Below are positions 9,471-19,451 of a DNA stretch of 64,000 nt, piece by piece. A program made the position numbers and the translations under genes. The stretch spans positions 1 through 64,000 of the IMG/VR virus record IMGVR_UViG_3300005805_009577; one strand, 5' to 3'. The stretch is from a virus. Below the pieces are notes generated by a model. The model saw only the letters and a program-made list of their open reading frames with translations, was not told the DNA's origin and did no database searches. Position 1 is the stretch's first letter, and each line of letters starts with the position of its first letter.

Positions 9471-11669
9471 ATGAAGCTTAATACAGAATCTGGCATTGTT
9501 TCTACTAATAATACTGATAACCAAAGCATGGATTTCGGCATCGGTGATGTAAGCACTATCATCGACATTCTTAGAAACAGGCTTTACTCAAATCCAATTA
9601 GAACTCTTACCCAAGAGTATCTCTGTAACGCAAGGGATAGTCATAGAGAGGCAAAGAGAGATAATATACCTTTGAAAGTTACTCTACCCACTAAGCTCGA
9701 TAGTGTTTTGAAAATTAGAGATTATGGAGTTGGATTATCTCCTGATAGAGTTCGCGATGTGTTTGTTAATTACGGATCAAGCACTAAACGAAAAGACAAC
9801 GTTCAGACCGGTGGTTTTGGTATTGGTGCCAAAAGTGCGTGGGCATACACTGATAGTTTCGTTGTAGTTAGTTATTACGAAAATAAAATGAGAACATATG
9901 TTGCTCATACCGGAAAAAGCAGCAACGGAACTCTAGAGTTAATGAGCGAAGAACCAACCGATGAACCTAACGGCGTAGAGGTTCAAATCCCAGTCAAAGA
10001 GTCCGATATTGAATTTTTTATTAATGCGGTCTATAGATGTACATTCTTTTGGGACGTTAAACCAGATTTACAGGGAATTACCGAGATAGAGATTCCCAAA
10101 GACTGGAATAATCTACAATCTACAATTATAGAGAAAAGCAAGAACTGGATCTTGCTTAGAAAAACAGATTTGGCTAAAAAGCTTTTTGATGCACATAATG
10201 CGGAAATTTTTGTCCTTATAGACAAGATTCCCTATAGTATCAACAAGTTTTTAAGAGAGTGTCCGGAGGTAGATAAGCTTAGAGGGTCTACTTCTGCTTC
10301 CACTACAATTAATTTTATCGAAGTGGAAAATGGTGTACTAGAGGTAAGTGCCACCAGAGAAAGCATCTCTGATAAAGATAGCAGCAAAGCCAAGGTTGAT
10401 AAAATTTGTTCTGAAGTCAACTCTATTCTTGCAGACTGTGTTAATAATAAGTTTAACAAAGAACCAGATAATGTAAAAGCGTTTTTTGAAAACTTCTGTA
10501 AGATAAAAGAAGTATACCATCTAAACAACGTGCCAGGATTTAAAAACGGTGACTTTAGCAGAAATGTAGAAGAGTTATCTTTTAGAAAAGATGGGGTTGT
10601 CTATTCATTCAAAAATGGCAATCTTTACTCTGGAGAATACAACAATGTTAACAAGTTTATTTTAGACAAACAAAAATCTAGACTTGTTATGAAGCGTTCT
10701 GAAGGCAACGCTTATCTAGGAAATGGATTGGATAATGTGAAGTTCATTATCAAAGACATTCCCGAAAATTCTATGAGTGAACTTGCATTCAAAGAAAAAA
10801 TGCGGAGAGTTTTATTAAACTTTAATCCTCCTGAGATTGGCATTGTGTACATGTTCAATGCCAATGTAGGAAATATTAATAGTGTTAAAGAATTTTTTGA
10901 TGCCGAACTTCTTTCTGAAATCGAATACGAAAGAGTTGCTTATAGACCGAAGAAGGATGCGGGGAAAGTAACAATTAGAAAGCTAGGGTTAGGTAGCGGA
11001 AGATACACGGAAAAAGTTGAAACCCTGGACAAGAAAGATGTCACTTTAGAAGATTTAGTTGATTCTGGAAAAACATACGTTTTAGTTCCTTTTTCCGGCG
11101 ATGAAATGTATGAAGCCACTGAGACCGAATTCGTACAGAATATTAAGTTTATTACTAATAATGCAAAAAATACAGAGGTTGTCAAGGTAAGCAAAAAAGA
11201 ATATGAAGTTCTTTGTTTGCTTGATAATACTGTTGAGTATACCGATTTAATTCAAGACTTTCCGTCATACGTCGAATTAGATGAGCAGGTTGTAAAAGAC
11301 TTTTTCTCGGATAATGAAGATGCTTCGCTTGAACATCTTAGAAAATTTGTTGGACGTATAAACTGTCCTAAGATTAGAAGTTACTTTGAAACTGTTACTG
11401 CACCAGATAATGATAGAAACAGGTATTACAGAGCAGAAAGAAGAAAGGCTATACCAGATCGTATTCTTAAGAACTATGAGTTTTATAATAAAGCTTTGGT
11501 TAAGAACAATGAAATTAACGCTTTGAAAGAAGAAATATTTTCAAGCTATCCTCTTATCAAGTATGTTTCAAATTTTGTTAATTATGGCTATTATGGTCAT
11601 GATAAGAAAGCATCAGAAGATATTATTAAAGAAGTATTGATCTATATTAATGGAAAAGCGAGCAAATAA
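9471..11669 (+). CDS. rIIA: rIIA-like protein (N-terminal GHKL/Hsp90-type ATPase)
   Basis: EYLCNARDS, LKIRDYGVGLS, YGSSTKR...TGGFGIGAKS; lies upstream of an rIIB-like gene. Confidence 0.8.
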   Translation: MKLNTESGIVSTNNTDNQSMDFGIGDVSTIIDILRNRLYSNPIRTLTQEYLCNARDSHREAKRDNIPLKVTLPTKLDSVLKIRDYGVGLSPDRVRDVFVNYGSSTKRKDNVQTGGFGIGAKSAWAYTDSFVVVSYYENKMRTYVAHTGKSSNGTLELMSEEPTDEPNGVEVQIPVKESDIEFFINAVYRCTFFWDVKPDLQGITEIEIPKDWNNLQSTIIEKSKNWILLRKTDLAKKLFDAHNAEIFVLIDKIPYSINKFLRECPEVDKLRGSTSASTTINFIEVENGVLEVSATRESISDKDSSKAKVDKICSEVNSILADCVNNKFNKEPDNVKAFFENFCKIKEVYHLNNVPGFKNGDFSRNVEELSFRKDGVVYSFKNGNLYSGEYNNVNKFILDKQKSRLVMKRSEGNAYLGNGLDNVKFIIKDIPENSMSELAFKEKMRRVLLNFNPPEIGIVYMFNANVGNINSVKEFFDAELLSEIEYERVAYRPKKDAGKVTIRKLGLGSGRYTEKVETLDKKDVTLEDLVDSGKTYVLVPFSGDEMYEATETEFVQNIKFITNNAKNTEVVKVSKKEYEVLCLLDNTVEYTDLIQDFPSYVELDEQVVKDFFSDNEDASLEHLRKFVGRINCPKIRSYFETVTAPDNDRNRYYRAERRKAIPDRILKNYEFYNKALVKNNEINALKEEIFSSYPLIKYVSNFVNYGYYGHDKKASEDIIKEVLIYINGKASK

Positions 11670-11671
11670 AA

Positions 11672-11986
11672 ATGTTTTCTTTAAAATTAGAAAGCGATTA
11701 CCACAGCAATTATAAAGCAGATATGGTAAATTACTTAAAAGGTGATATGCCTAGAAAGAATCTTAACAAGGATTTTATATCTTTTTTAGAAAAAATAGAT
11801 GAAATAGAAGATAAAATACGCGAAGTCAATGATTGTTTCATGTCACTTCAGAAAAAGTACATGCTGTTGTTTGCTTTGAGAGACTTTAGAAATTTATTTA
11901 AAGATTCTCAATTAAAAGAAGAAATGTTGCGTTATATGGAATATAAAGAAAGCATTGAGGATAACAATGAAGTATTATCTTCTTAA
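11672..11986 (+). CDS. Hypothetical protein between rIIA and rIIB
   Basis: 104-aa coupled ORF. Confidence 0.65.
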   Translation: MFSLKLESDYHSNYKADMVNYLKGDMPRKNLNKDFISFLEKIDEIEDKIREVNDCFMSLQKKYMLLFALRDFRNLFKDSQLKEEMLRYMEYKESIEDNNEVLSS

Positions 11987-13295
11987 AAATTCTTTAGTTG
12001 TAAATTTTGATAATAAAACTCATACTATTAGTAAAGAAGACTATAGGTATGAACGCGTTAAGTCTGCTATTGAGAGAAATGATTTTGGTGCCGCGATGGA
12101 TGCAATTGATCCATCGAGCAATCTAAACAAGGATGGTTTTTCTGTTCAAAATGGATTAGTTTGCTATGCAGGAGAGTCTATTCCGGCCGTATTGGGAAAT
12201 CAGTTTCTTAATTTGAAAGAAGATAATTGGATCTTTAAAAGCTTGTTTAACTTCTGGTATAATATGAAAACCAGAGTTGATAACGATACTGCAAGCGAGA
12301 TGCTTTCGGCTTTAATTGAAAAAAATGCCTATCCTATTACCGAAGATGGTTTTTATTTGGTTTATTTTGATAGAAATTTAGATCAAACTAAAAGTGCTTT
12401 AAATAAAAGAAACCTTGAAGTTGGTATTAATTTTTATAATGTGGCCAATTGTCCTGAAAAATATTTACAACTTTTTTCTCAAAGAAAAAACTTTGATGAA
12501 ATTTTAATTTCTTCATTCGGGTTTACTGCAAAAAAATTAAAGAAAATGGCTTTGCCAAATATGTTCAAGCCAGATAATAACTTCTTTAATTATGATTTCT
12601 TGCTCGTTGGAGAAGCATTAAATCAGGTTTTACAGCCAGATAATATTTATGGTCTTATAGAAGAGGGAACTTTTAAAATTCCTGAAAATAATAATGGAAT
12701 AGATGCTTATCAAAAAATAAATGTTTTGTTAAAAGATTTGTGTTTAGAAAAAGGCGAAAAATACAATCAGAAAAAAGCTATTAATTTCTTGAGGTCTGCT
12801 AAAACTCAAGGTGATTTAATAGACGCTGCAGAGTATTATACTAGAGTTAAGAACGCAACTGATGTCAATATACAAGAACTAGAACTTTCTAATTCTTGCG
12901 AAGAAGTGCTTGAGCACTTTAGGAGAGAATTTAGAAGACTTAAAGACCCAGAGGTTTCTTTGTGCATTGAAAAGAATTTCGAAAATATTTATGCTCTTGC
13001 AGACACAGAAGTCTCTGGATTAAGATTTCTTATTCCTGACAATAATTACGATTTAAGAGAGTGGTCAAGTATTATGCATAATTGTGTTGCCACCTATACA
13101 GAAAGAGTTATTGCTGGACAAACTGCTGTTTTTGCTATAATGGAGAGTGCTACAAACGAAATGATGTATAATGTAGAGGTTTGCAAAGGTAGAATTGTTC
13201 AATTTCTTACTAAACACAATAGAGAAGCTAAACCTAAAGATTATAACTTAATATGTGATTTTCTTAAGGAAAAAGGAATTTTGTTCAAAGAATAA
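11967..13295 (+). CDS. rIIB-like N-terminal domain fused to a PcfJ-like C-terminal domain
   Basis: LFNFWYN...YPITEDGFYLVY (rIIB-like); DLREWSSIMHNCVATY...MYNVEV...IVQFLTKHN (PcfJ-like). Confidence 0.65.
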   Translation: MKYYLLKNSLVVNFDNKTHTISKEDYRYERVKSAIERNDFGAAMDAIDPSSNLNKDGFSVQNGLVCYAGESIPAVLGNQFLNLKEDNWIFKSLFNFWYNMKTRVDNDTASEMLSALIEKNAYPITEDGFYLVYFDRNLDQTKSALNKRNLEVGINFYNVANCPEKYLQLFSQRKNFDEILISSFGFTAKKLKKMALPNMFKPDNNFFNYDFLLVGEALNQVLQPDNIYGLIEEGTFKIPENNNGIDAYQKINVLLKDLCLEKGEKYNQKKAINFLRSAKTQGDLIDAAEYYTRVKNATDVNIQELELSNSCEEVLEHFRREFRRLKDPEVSLCIEKNFENIYALADTEVSGLRFLIPDNNYDLREWSSIMHNCVATYTERVIAGQTAVFAIMESATNEMMYNVEVCKGRIVQFLTKHNREAKPKDYNLICDFLKEKGILFKE

Positions 13296-13401
13296 CCCCT
13301 TGATAAAAAATATTTTGTTTTTATGATTGGAGTTCCGGCACGGGATTTTGTTTCTACTAAAAAATGTAGCGTGTCCATACATTTTTTACACGGAGAGTTA
13401 T

Positions 13402-13770
13402 ATGAAAAAGTTTCTTCTTTTTGTTTTTGCCTCAGCAGCACTAATGAATGTTTGCGAAGCCAGAGGTGGTAAAAGATATTATTATCCATCTAATAATATG
13501 ACTTATTCAAGTCCTAATAGAACTTATTCTTATACTTCTAATTATTTAAGCACTGACGATCAATCTAGATGTCAGGCAGAAGCTGATTACATGGCTGCTA
13601 ATAATATAACTGGCCATGTTTGGGGCTGTATTGGTCGATTTGAGGGCGTAGGATATGGTAGTAGTCCAAATTGCAACACCTGCACTCCCGGTTCCTCAAT
13701 GACATTAACTGGCGATGCAAGTGCTCAGGGAAGAAATGGTATGTGGTATAGAGTTCGTTCTTGGCGTTAA
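13402..13770 (+). CDS. Secreted protein with a CAP/SCP-like small domain
   Basis: GGAGAG RBS; signal peptide; CQAEADYMA...GH...GRFEGVG...WYRVRSW. Confidence 0.6.
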   Translation: MKKFLLFVFASAALMNVCEARGGKRYYYPSNNMTYSSPNRTYSYTSNYLSTDDQSRCQAEADYMAANNITGHVWGCIGRFEGVGYGSSPNCNTCTPGSSMTLTGDASAQGRNGMWYRVRSWR

Positions 13771-13789
13771 TAATAAAAAGGAGTTTATT

Positions 13790-14017
13790 ATGAGAATCTT
13801 ACTTTTTGTTCTGTTTGTTTCTTTTGGTTTTGAAGTTATTGCTTCTGATTGTGCAAATGGACGTTGCGGATTACAACCAATACGCTCTTCTGCTAAGTTG
13901 GCCGGAGAAGTTGTTGGCGAAGTTTATTCTGTAACCAAAAGTGTAACAAAGACCGCCTTGCCTCCATACAACGTCAACGTCAATAAACGTTGTAGAAATG
14001 GAAAGTGCCGTCGTTAA
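13790..14017 (+). CDS. Secreted small protein with CxxGxC motifs
   Basis: AAGGAG RBS; signal peptide; CANGRC and CRNGKC. Confidence 0.65.
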   Translation: MRILLFVLFVSFGFEVIASDCANGRCGLQPIRSSAKLAGEVVGEVYSVTKSVTKTALPPYNVNVNKRCRNGKCRR

Positions 14018-14027
14018 TTGATTCTTG

Positions 14028-14087
14028 GTGGCGTGGAGGGAAACCTACTTTACCCTGAATAGGTTAAACCCTCCCGCCACTTTTTTT
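14028..14087 (+). terminator. Long imperfect hairpin plus T7 run
   Basis: GTGGCG/CGCCAC, GGAGGG/CCCTCC and AACCTA/TAGGTT helices followed by TTTTTTT. Confidence 0.6.
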
Positions 14088-14109
14088 ATTTACTTGCATA
14101 AATAAAAAT

Positions 14110-14283
14110 ATGCGAGTAAAATGTATAAACAATAAAAATTATCCTTTGGCCTTAGAGATTGACAAAGAATATGAAGTTGTAGAAAAAGATAATTATTTTT
14201 TTATAATAGTTGATGAGAATTTAGAAGAATGCGAATATCCAAAAAGCATATTTGAAATAAAAAAAAATATTGATACAATTTAG
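14110..14283 (+). CDS. 57-aa hypothetical protein (absent from the ORF track)
   Basis: MRVKCINNKNYPLALEIDKEYEVV...IVDENLEECEYPKSIF; fills the gap. Confidence 0.6.
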   Translation: MRVKCINNKNYPLALEIDKEYEVVEKDNYFFIIVDENLEECEYPKSIFEIKKNIDTI

Positions 14284-14286
14284 TTT

Positions 14287-14712
14287 ATGAATTTCGATAG
14301 AATAGTAGAAATCAGTCATGCAATTGCTGGAAAACATGAGTTTAAACACCGATGTAGGCACTTTAGCTTTATAATGGATGGAAATAGAATTCTTTCTATA
14401 GGTTTTAATAAGTCTAAAACTCATCCATATAATTTAAAATTTAATTACGTAAACAAGCAAAAAAACAAAATAAGCGAAATTATTGGTACGCACTCAGAAA
14501 TGAATGCGGTTTTAAAATATGGTAAGCAAAATTGTAAAAATTTAGTATTGATAAACACTAGGATAAACAGAAATAATGAACTAGATTATAGCAAGCCTTG
14601 CAATGGCTGTCTTCACATGATAAGTAGTTTGGGTTTTAAAAAAATATATTACTCCAACAGAGAAAAAACTTTTAGTTGTCTGCTTCCTAAGTCAAATATT
14701 TTATTGGTTTAG
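14287..14712 (+). CDS. Zn-dependent cytidine/dCMP deaminase-family protein
   Basis: HSEMNA (HxE) and SKPCNGC (PCxxC). Confidence 0.85.
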   Translation: MNFDRIVEISHAIAGKHEFKHRCRHFSFIMDGNRILSIGFNKSKTHPYNLKFNYVNKQKNKISEIIGTHSEMNAVLKYGKQNCKNLVLINTRINRNNELDYSKPCNGCLHMISSLGFKKIYYSNREKTFSCLLPKSNILLV

Positions 14713-14714
14713 TT

Positions 14715-15152
14715 ATGTATGATTTTATAATATGTCAAAAAAAATTGCCCGTTCCTGAAAATTTTTTAAATTTAGATTTTAGCAAAGAACCATTCAGAAC
14801 AAGCAGTCTTTCTAAAAATTTTAATAATTATTTAATTTCAAAAGATGGATTTTTTTATAGACAAAAAAATGATTCTTTAGAAAAAATTAATTATAGCGGA
14901 TTTATTTACTTTTCTACTCATTTTTTTAACGAACCACACACAAAACAATATTATATTTCATTTTTTTGTAGTTTTAAACAGGGCGTTCTAGAAGAACTCA
15001 GCTTAGACGGAACAAAAGAATATAGCATAAAAGATTACGATCTAAAAATTAAAAGCTTGGCAAATAAAAATTTTACTGACAAAAAATTTAAGAATTTTTG
15101 GGTGTACGTTCTAGATTGGTGGAAGTCTTGTTTTTATAAAGGAGAAGAATAA
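14715..15152 (+). CDS. Hypothetical protein
   Basis: 145-aa coupled ORF. Confidence 0.65.
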   Translation: MYDFIICQKKLPVPENFLNLDFSKEPFRTSSLSKNFNNYLISKDGFFYRQKNDSLEKINYSGFIYFSTHFFNEPHTKQYYISFFCSFKQGVLEELSLDGTKEYSIKDYDLKIKSLANKNFTDKKFKNFWVYVLDWWKSCFYKGEE

Positions 15153-15358
15153 TGAAGACTTTTGATTTAGAAGATGTAATTGAAAGTATGTTTAAGGCAG
15201 AAGAATGTAATGGAAGCATTGAAAGAAAAGCTGCTTTTAAAGCACATGCAACTAGGCGGCTCAAGTCTTATGTTAATCGACGATGCTCTGAAACAGGAGC
15301 CCGACCAAGCCAGATAGTTGCAGCAGTAAAAGCTTCCTTTACTAAGCGTAAAAGTTAA
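15152..15358 (+). CDS. Hypothetical protein
   Basis: AAGGAG RBS; TAATG stop/start overlap. Confidence 0.65.
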   Translation: MKTFDLEDVIESMFKAEECNGSIERKAAFKAHATRRLKSYVNRRCSETGARPSQIVAAVKASFTKRKS

Positions 15359-15415
15359 ATACGTTTCCCCAATCATATTAGAAAAACTATATAAATAGTT
15401 GCTTTTCTAATATGA

Positions 15416-16168
15416 TTGGGGCACATTTTTTATATGCATTATACATCAAAACAGCCGGTATATTCTAAATCTGCAACCAAGTATAAAGCAAGAGAATTGC
15501 CCATAGCAGTTTTGTATCCACTTTTTACTGGAAATTATACGTTACCAGAAGATAAACAGTATTTGTTTTTGTGTAACTTACAAGATAAAAGCGAAGGAAG
15601 TGAAGTCAGCCAATTAATTAAAAGCAGGCCAAATGGTCAATTTGCTAAACTAAATCAAATTTGTGGAGTGGATAAGTCGAGAAATTTGATTAAAAAGAAT
15701 AAAAAATATTGGCCAGAAGCAAATTGGTTTGATGATGAATGGACTAAAGTTATTCAAAACAATAAGTTTGATCCTGGAATAGTATACCTGGATACTACTT
15801 ATATGGAGGATAAGTATCCTGCTTTGCGTGCTTTAAAGCATACTTTAGAAATTTGTAAAAACAACACGCTACTTATATGTAATGTAATGATGAGCAACCC
15901 TAGGGCTGGTGTTGGCCAAAATTTATTTGATGAAAATGTTATTATAGATAATCTTTTGTTAAGCGATCACCCGGATGCTTATGCCTCTTGGAACGTTTCT
16001 GCCGAAGATTCAGATGTTAATATATTTCATAGTTATGAATATCAAACAAATAAAACTCCAATGAGAAGTTATATTTTCTTTAAAGGAATTTTGCCAGATG
16101 AAAATTCTATAATGGAAAAATTTGAAGAATTTAATGATTGGTGCACATATAGCCAATTTATTTTATAA
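15416..16168 (+). CDS. Hypothetical protein, possible Rossmann/SAM-methyltransferase-like fold
   Basis: ICGVDKS...NKK...ANWFDDEW...IVYLDT pattern resembles MTase motifs II-IV; weak. Confidence 0.4.
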   Translation: MGHIFYMHYTSKQPVYSKSATKYKARELPIAVLYPLFTGNYTLPEDKQYLFLCNLQDKSEGSEVSQLIKSRPNGQFAKLNQICGVDKSRNLIKKNKKYWPEANWFDDEWTKVIQNNKFDPGIVYLDTTYMEDKYPALRALKHTLEICKNNTLLICNVMMSNPRAGVGQNLFDENVIIDNLLLSDHPDAYASWNVSAEDSDVNIFHSYEYQTNKTPMRSYIFFKGILPDENSIMEKFEEFNDWCTYSQFIL

Positions 16169-16222
16169 AAATGATCTTAATAATAATTTTTTAACTTCTA
16201 AAAAATAAAGGCAATAAAACTT

Positions 16223-18409
16223 ATGGACGCCAAAACTTTTTCTTCTTCTTACTCATTCAAGCCCAGGCCACCAGAAAAATGGTTGTCTAAAAGACATTCT
16301 AGAACTGATAGAAAAGTAGACAATATAATTCTTAGGCGTTGGCAAAATGAAGCTCATTTATCATTAAGAGATTCTGTTAAAGGTTTTATAAAAGCTTTTT
16401 GTGGATCAGGCAAAACAATTGCGTCTAGAAGTATTGCTGCCTATAAGATTTACAAATATGGAAAGATGCAAGTTTTTTGTGTTCCTAAAAACGATATAGG
16501 AAACGACGGTTTTAGCGGGTACTTTAATATTCAAATTCCAGGACAAGATAAAGAAGAGAAAACATTAAAGTGTCATTCTCCTGTTAATTTTTGTAATTTT
16601 AAAGTAGTTCAAAAAACTGATGAACTTATTAGAGTTATGATTAATGATAGTGATAATGATTATGAACTTGAACAAGACCAAATAGTTTCTAAAAAGCAAA
16701 TAGTATGCACCCATCAATGTCTCGTTGCAGCCTTTAAGAAAATTAAAAAGATGGCGAGAAAAGATGATGGTATATTGTTGAAGTTTATTCAAAATAAAAC
16801 TTTTTGGATTGACGAAGGTCATCATATAAAAAGTGCGGCCACCAAAGAAGAAGAAAGATGTATTAATTATCTTGGAGGCTTTGTAAAATTTATATTAGAT
16901 AATAAGAAAACAGGGTCAGAGATTTTTGCCATGACCGCCACACCTTTTAGAGCAGATGGTTCTAATCTATTTCCATCAAACCAAATAGACGAATTTGATT
17001 TATATTCTTTAGATTTTCTTGAACACTTCAAAACTCTTGGAATTAAAAATGTTTATGTAGATTTTGAAGAGTGGAAAACGCCGGAAGAAATGTTCAAAAA
17101 GGTATCACAAAATATTGCAAAAGAAATCAAATGTAACAAGCATATAGTTATTGTTCCAAGAACAGGTAGCAAGTGGAGAATTAGAAAAGAAGATGTTTAT
17201 AAACTATTTGATGCAATATATAAAGCAATTATGAAAGAATTGGGCGTGGACTTATCTACGGCTAAAAGCATGGTATTAGATCTAGTGACAGAAAATACCC
17301 AGGAAAAAAATGCCGAAGAATTAAGAAAAGAACCAAAAAGCGGTCAAAGCCATCCTTCTAAATATTCTGTTGTTGTTGCCTGCGGAATGTTAAGAGAAGG
17401 AACAGATTGGGTGCCCGCCGATAGATTGCACAACACCGCCGTTGAAGATAGTCCTACTTTGGGATTTCAAACTGGTGGAAGGTTGTTTAGAGAAAATCCT
17501 GGCAAGGAAAGTGTTAGAATTACTTATTACCCCGAGCAGTTTAGCATTAAATTATATAAAAAGGGTGGCAAAAGAGAGTTCATTGCTGACAGATTAAATT
17601 GTATGTTGCATTATATGCTTTTTGATGATCTATTGAATCCTATTATGGTTGAAATTCCTTGTTTTTATCCTTTAAAGAAGAAGGAAAAGTCTGAAGTTAA
17701 GAGAAAATATACCACTCTTGAAGACCATTTTGGATTAAAATATAGTTTTGTCAAAAAAGAATTGCTAGATGCTTTTTCTGAAAAAGATTTTAATGAATCC
17801 AACGCAGATCAGGTAATTAACAAAATTATTAACAAGCATTTACCCAATAAAAGCTCTTATAGTAAAAAGTATATAACTGAAATAAAATTAGCTTTGAAAA
17901 CGTTTTTATTAAGAGCTGCTTCTCAAAATTTGAGGAACAAAGGAATTGATATTTCTTATGTTAGAAAGAATGGATTCGACATTATTGTAGAAAAAGAAAA
18001 AATTTCTGGAAACATTTATACTTCTACCCTAACTGCGGATGAAATGGAAAGGTTTAGAGAGGTGTCAAAGCTAGGCAGTTGGGACGATGAAACCAACAAG
18101 AGAAGATTGATTTTTCTAAAGAAGAAGGCCGAAAAACAGCTAGGTAGAAAAATTATTGAAAAAAACGGTGTAATAAAAGACCAAGAAGCTCTTATTATTA
18201 TTACTTCTAAGTTTAGAGAGCAAAGAAAGTTACATGATTGCATATTAAATCTTAACAAGAAAAGTAAAAACTTTTCTGTTCAAGATGTTGCAAAATCTTT
18301 GAATGTATCTAAACAAAGTATTATTGAAAAGGTAAAAGAGTTCAATAATTTCCTTCCGAGAGATTGGAAGCAAACACTAAGTCATTCTAGCTGGCACTCT
18401 ATAGCATGA
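16223..18409 (+). CDS. SF2 (DExH) helicase-like protein
   Basis: AFCGSGKT (Walker A), WIDEGHH, MTATPFR, MLREGTDW, QTGGRLFR. Confidence 0.85.
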   Translation: MDAKTFSSSYSFKPRPPEKWLSKRHSRTDRKVDNIILRRWQNEAHLSLRDSVKGFIKAFCGSGKTIASRSIAAYKIYKYGKMQVFCVPKNDIGNDGFSGYFNIQIPGQDKEEKTLKCHSPVNFCNFKVVQKTDELIRVMINDSDNDYELEQDQIVSKKQIVCTHQCLVAAFKKIKKMARKDDGILLKFIQNKTFWIDEGHHIKSAATKEEERCINYLGGFVKFILDNKKTGSEIFAMTATPFRADGSNLFPSNQIDEFDLYSLDFLEHFKTLGIKNVYVDFEEWKTPEEMFKKVSQNIAKEIKCNKHIVIVPRTGSKWRIRKEDVYKLFDAIYKAIMKELGVDLSTAKSMVLDLVTENTQEKNAEELRKEPKSGQSHPSKYSVVVACGMLREGTDWVPADRLHNTAVEDSPTLGFQTGGRLFRENPGKESVRITYYPEQFSIKLYKKGGKREFIADRLNCMLHYMLFDDLLNPIMVEIPCFYPLKKKEKSEVKRKYTTLEDHFGLKYSFVKKELLDAFSEKDFNESNADQVINKIINKHLPNKSSYSKKYITEIKLALKTFLLRAASQNLRNKGIDISYVRKNGFDIIVEKEKISGNIYTSTLTADEMERFREVSKLGSWDDETNKRRLIFLKKKAEKQLGRKIIEKNGVIKDQEALIIITSKFREQRKLHDCILNLNKKSKNFSVQDVAKSLNVSKQSIIEKVKEFNNFLPRDWKQTLSHSSWHSIA

Positions 18410-19161
18410 TTACCAAAACCAGAACAAAAAATAGTGATCTAAAACAAACTTTAGGCATAAAAATTATGCCTAACAACACAATATCTAACAAAAAACTATT
18501 GTTAAAAATTGCAAAAAGTTTAAAACCAAGGCCTAAAAAAGAAACAAAATTAGGCCAAGCACTAAATTCTTATACAAACAAAAATCATACTTCTTATGAT
18601 GAAGTTTTTACAAAAAAAGTTAAAGAGCTTTCGCCTTACTGGTTTAGAGAAACAAAAATAGCCGCGATAAAAAAAGATTTAATAGATTTGGCTAAAAGTG
18701 GAGACGATAAGCCAAGCAAGAAAACACGCCTTGGAAATTGGCTTGCCGTAATTACTAATGAGTCTAGTGATCATTATGATAAAAAGTTTTTTAATCTAAT
18801 TAAAAACACCCGTCCAGACTGGTTTGTTGTTAAAACAATAATAAAAAACACAAAAGAAGAAGATCGAGGTAGCACTTTTTTGTCTAAATTCAAATTTTTA
18901 AATTTTTTAGTCAAGAGAGGATATAAAGAAATTTATTCAAAACAAAAGCTATCCGAATTATATTTCAGAAGCTCAAATGAAAAATATTTAAAAGCTTCGC
19001 AAAGATTGGCCAAGTGCTTTCAAAAAGCAGGCTTGCTTGTTCTTTGCGATGAAAAAGGAATGCCTAGATTTAAGTCTGATCCTACTAAAAAAAGTTATTG
19101 GAAATTGCCAAAAGATATTTTTAATAAGCTAGGCTTTGAACAAAACGATTACAAAAAATAG
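18406..19161 (+). CDS. Protein with two internal ~48-aa repeats
   Basis: KLGQALNSYTNKNHTSYDEVFTKKVKELSPYWF vs RLGNWLAVITNESSDHYDKKFFNLIKNTRPDWF. Confidence 0.65.
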   Translation: MITKTRTKNSDLKQTLGIKIMPNNTISNKKLLLKIAKSLKPRPKKETKLGQALNSYTNKNHTSYDEVFTKKVKELSPYWFRETKIAAIKKDLIDLAKSGDDKPSKKTRLGNWLAVITNESSDHYDKKFFNLIKNTRPDWFVVKTIIKNTKEEDRGSTFLSKFKFLNFLVKRGYKEIYSKQKLSELYFRSSNEKYLKASQRLAKCFQKAGLLVLCDEKGMPRFKSDPTKKSYWKLPKDIFNKLGFEQNDYKK

Positions 19162-19222
19162 AACTAAAATTGGCAATTTTAGATTTCTCTTTTTTTATAA
19201 ATAATTAAACTATAATGATTTT

Positions 19223-19438
19223 ATGGAAAAATCTATATTAAACTTAAACTACAAAATAGAGGTCTTGTCTGAAGACAAAGATAGAAAGCAGATAATAGAC
19301 AGCATTCAATTGGTATCCAATAATCCAGAAGTCCTTATAACAAATAGAATAAAGTCAGATGTTGTTGTGGAAAGTCATATTTCAGACAATGTAGACTCTG
19401 TTTATATAGACTATTTTAAATTTTTTAAAAAAAACTAA
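19223..19438 (+). CDS. Hypothetical protein
   Basis: 71-aa ORF. Confidence 0.55.
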   Translation: MEKSILNLNYKIEVLSEDKDRKQIIDSIQLVSNNPEVLITNRIKSDVVVESHISDNVDSVYIDYFKFFKKN

Positions 19439-19451
19439 AATGGTTTTTCGT

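Noticed and set aside
7014-15397. T4-late-like TATAAATA boxes (7014-7021 on the minus strand, 15390-15397 on the plus strand)
   Set aside because: This octamer is expected often by chance at this AT content; two well-placed copies are not enough evidence
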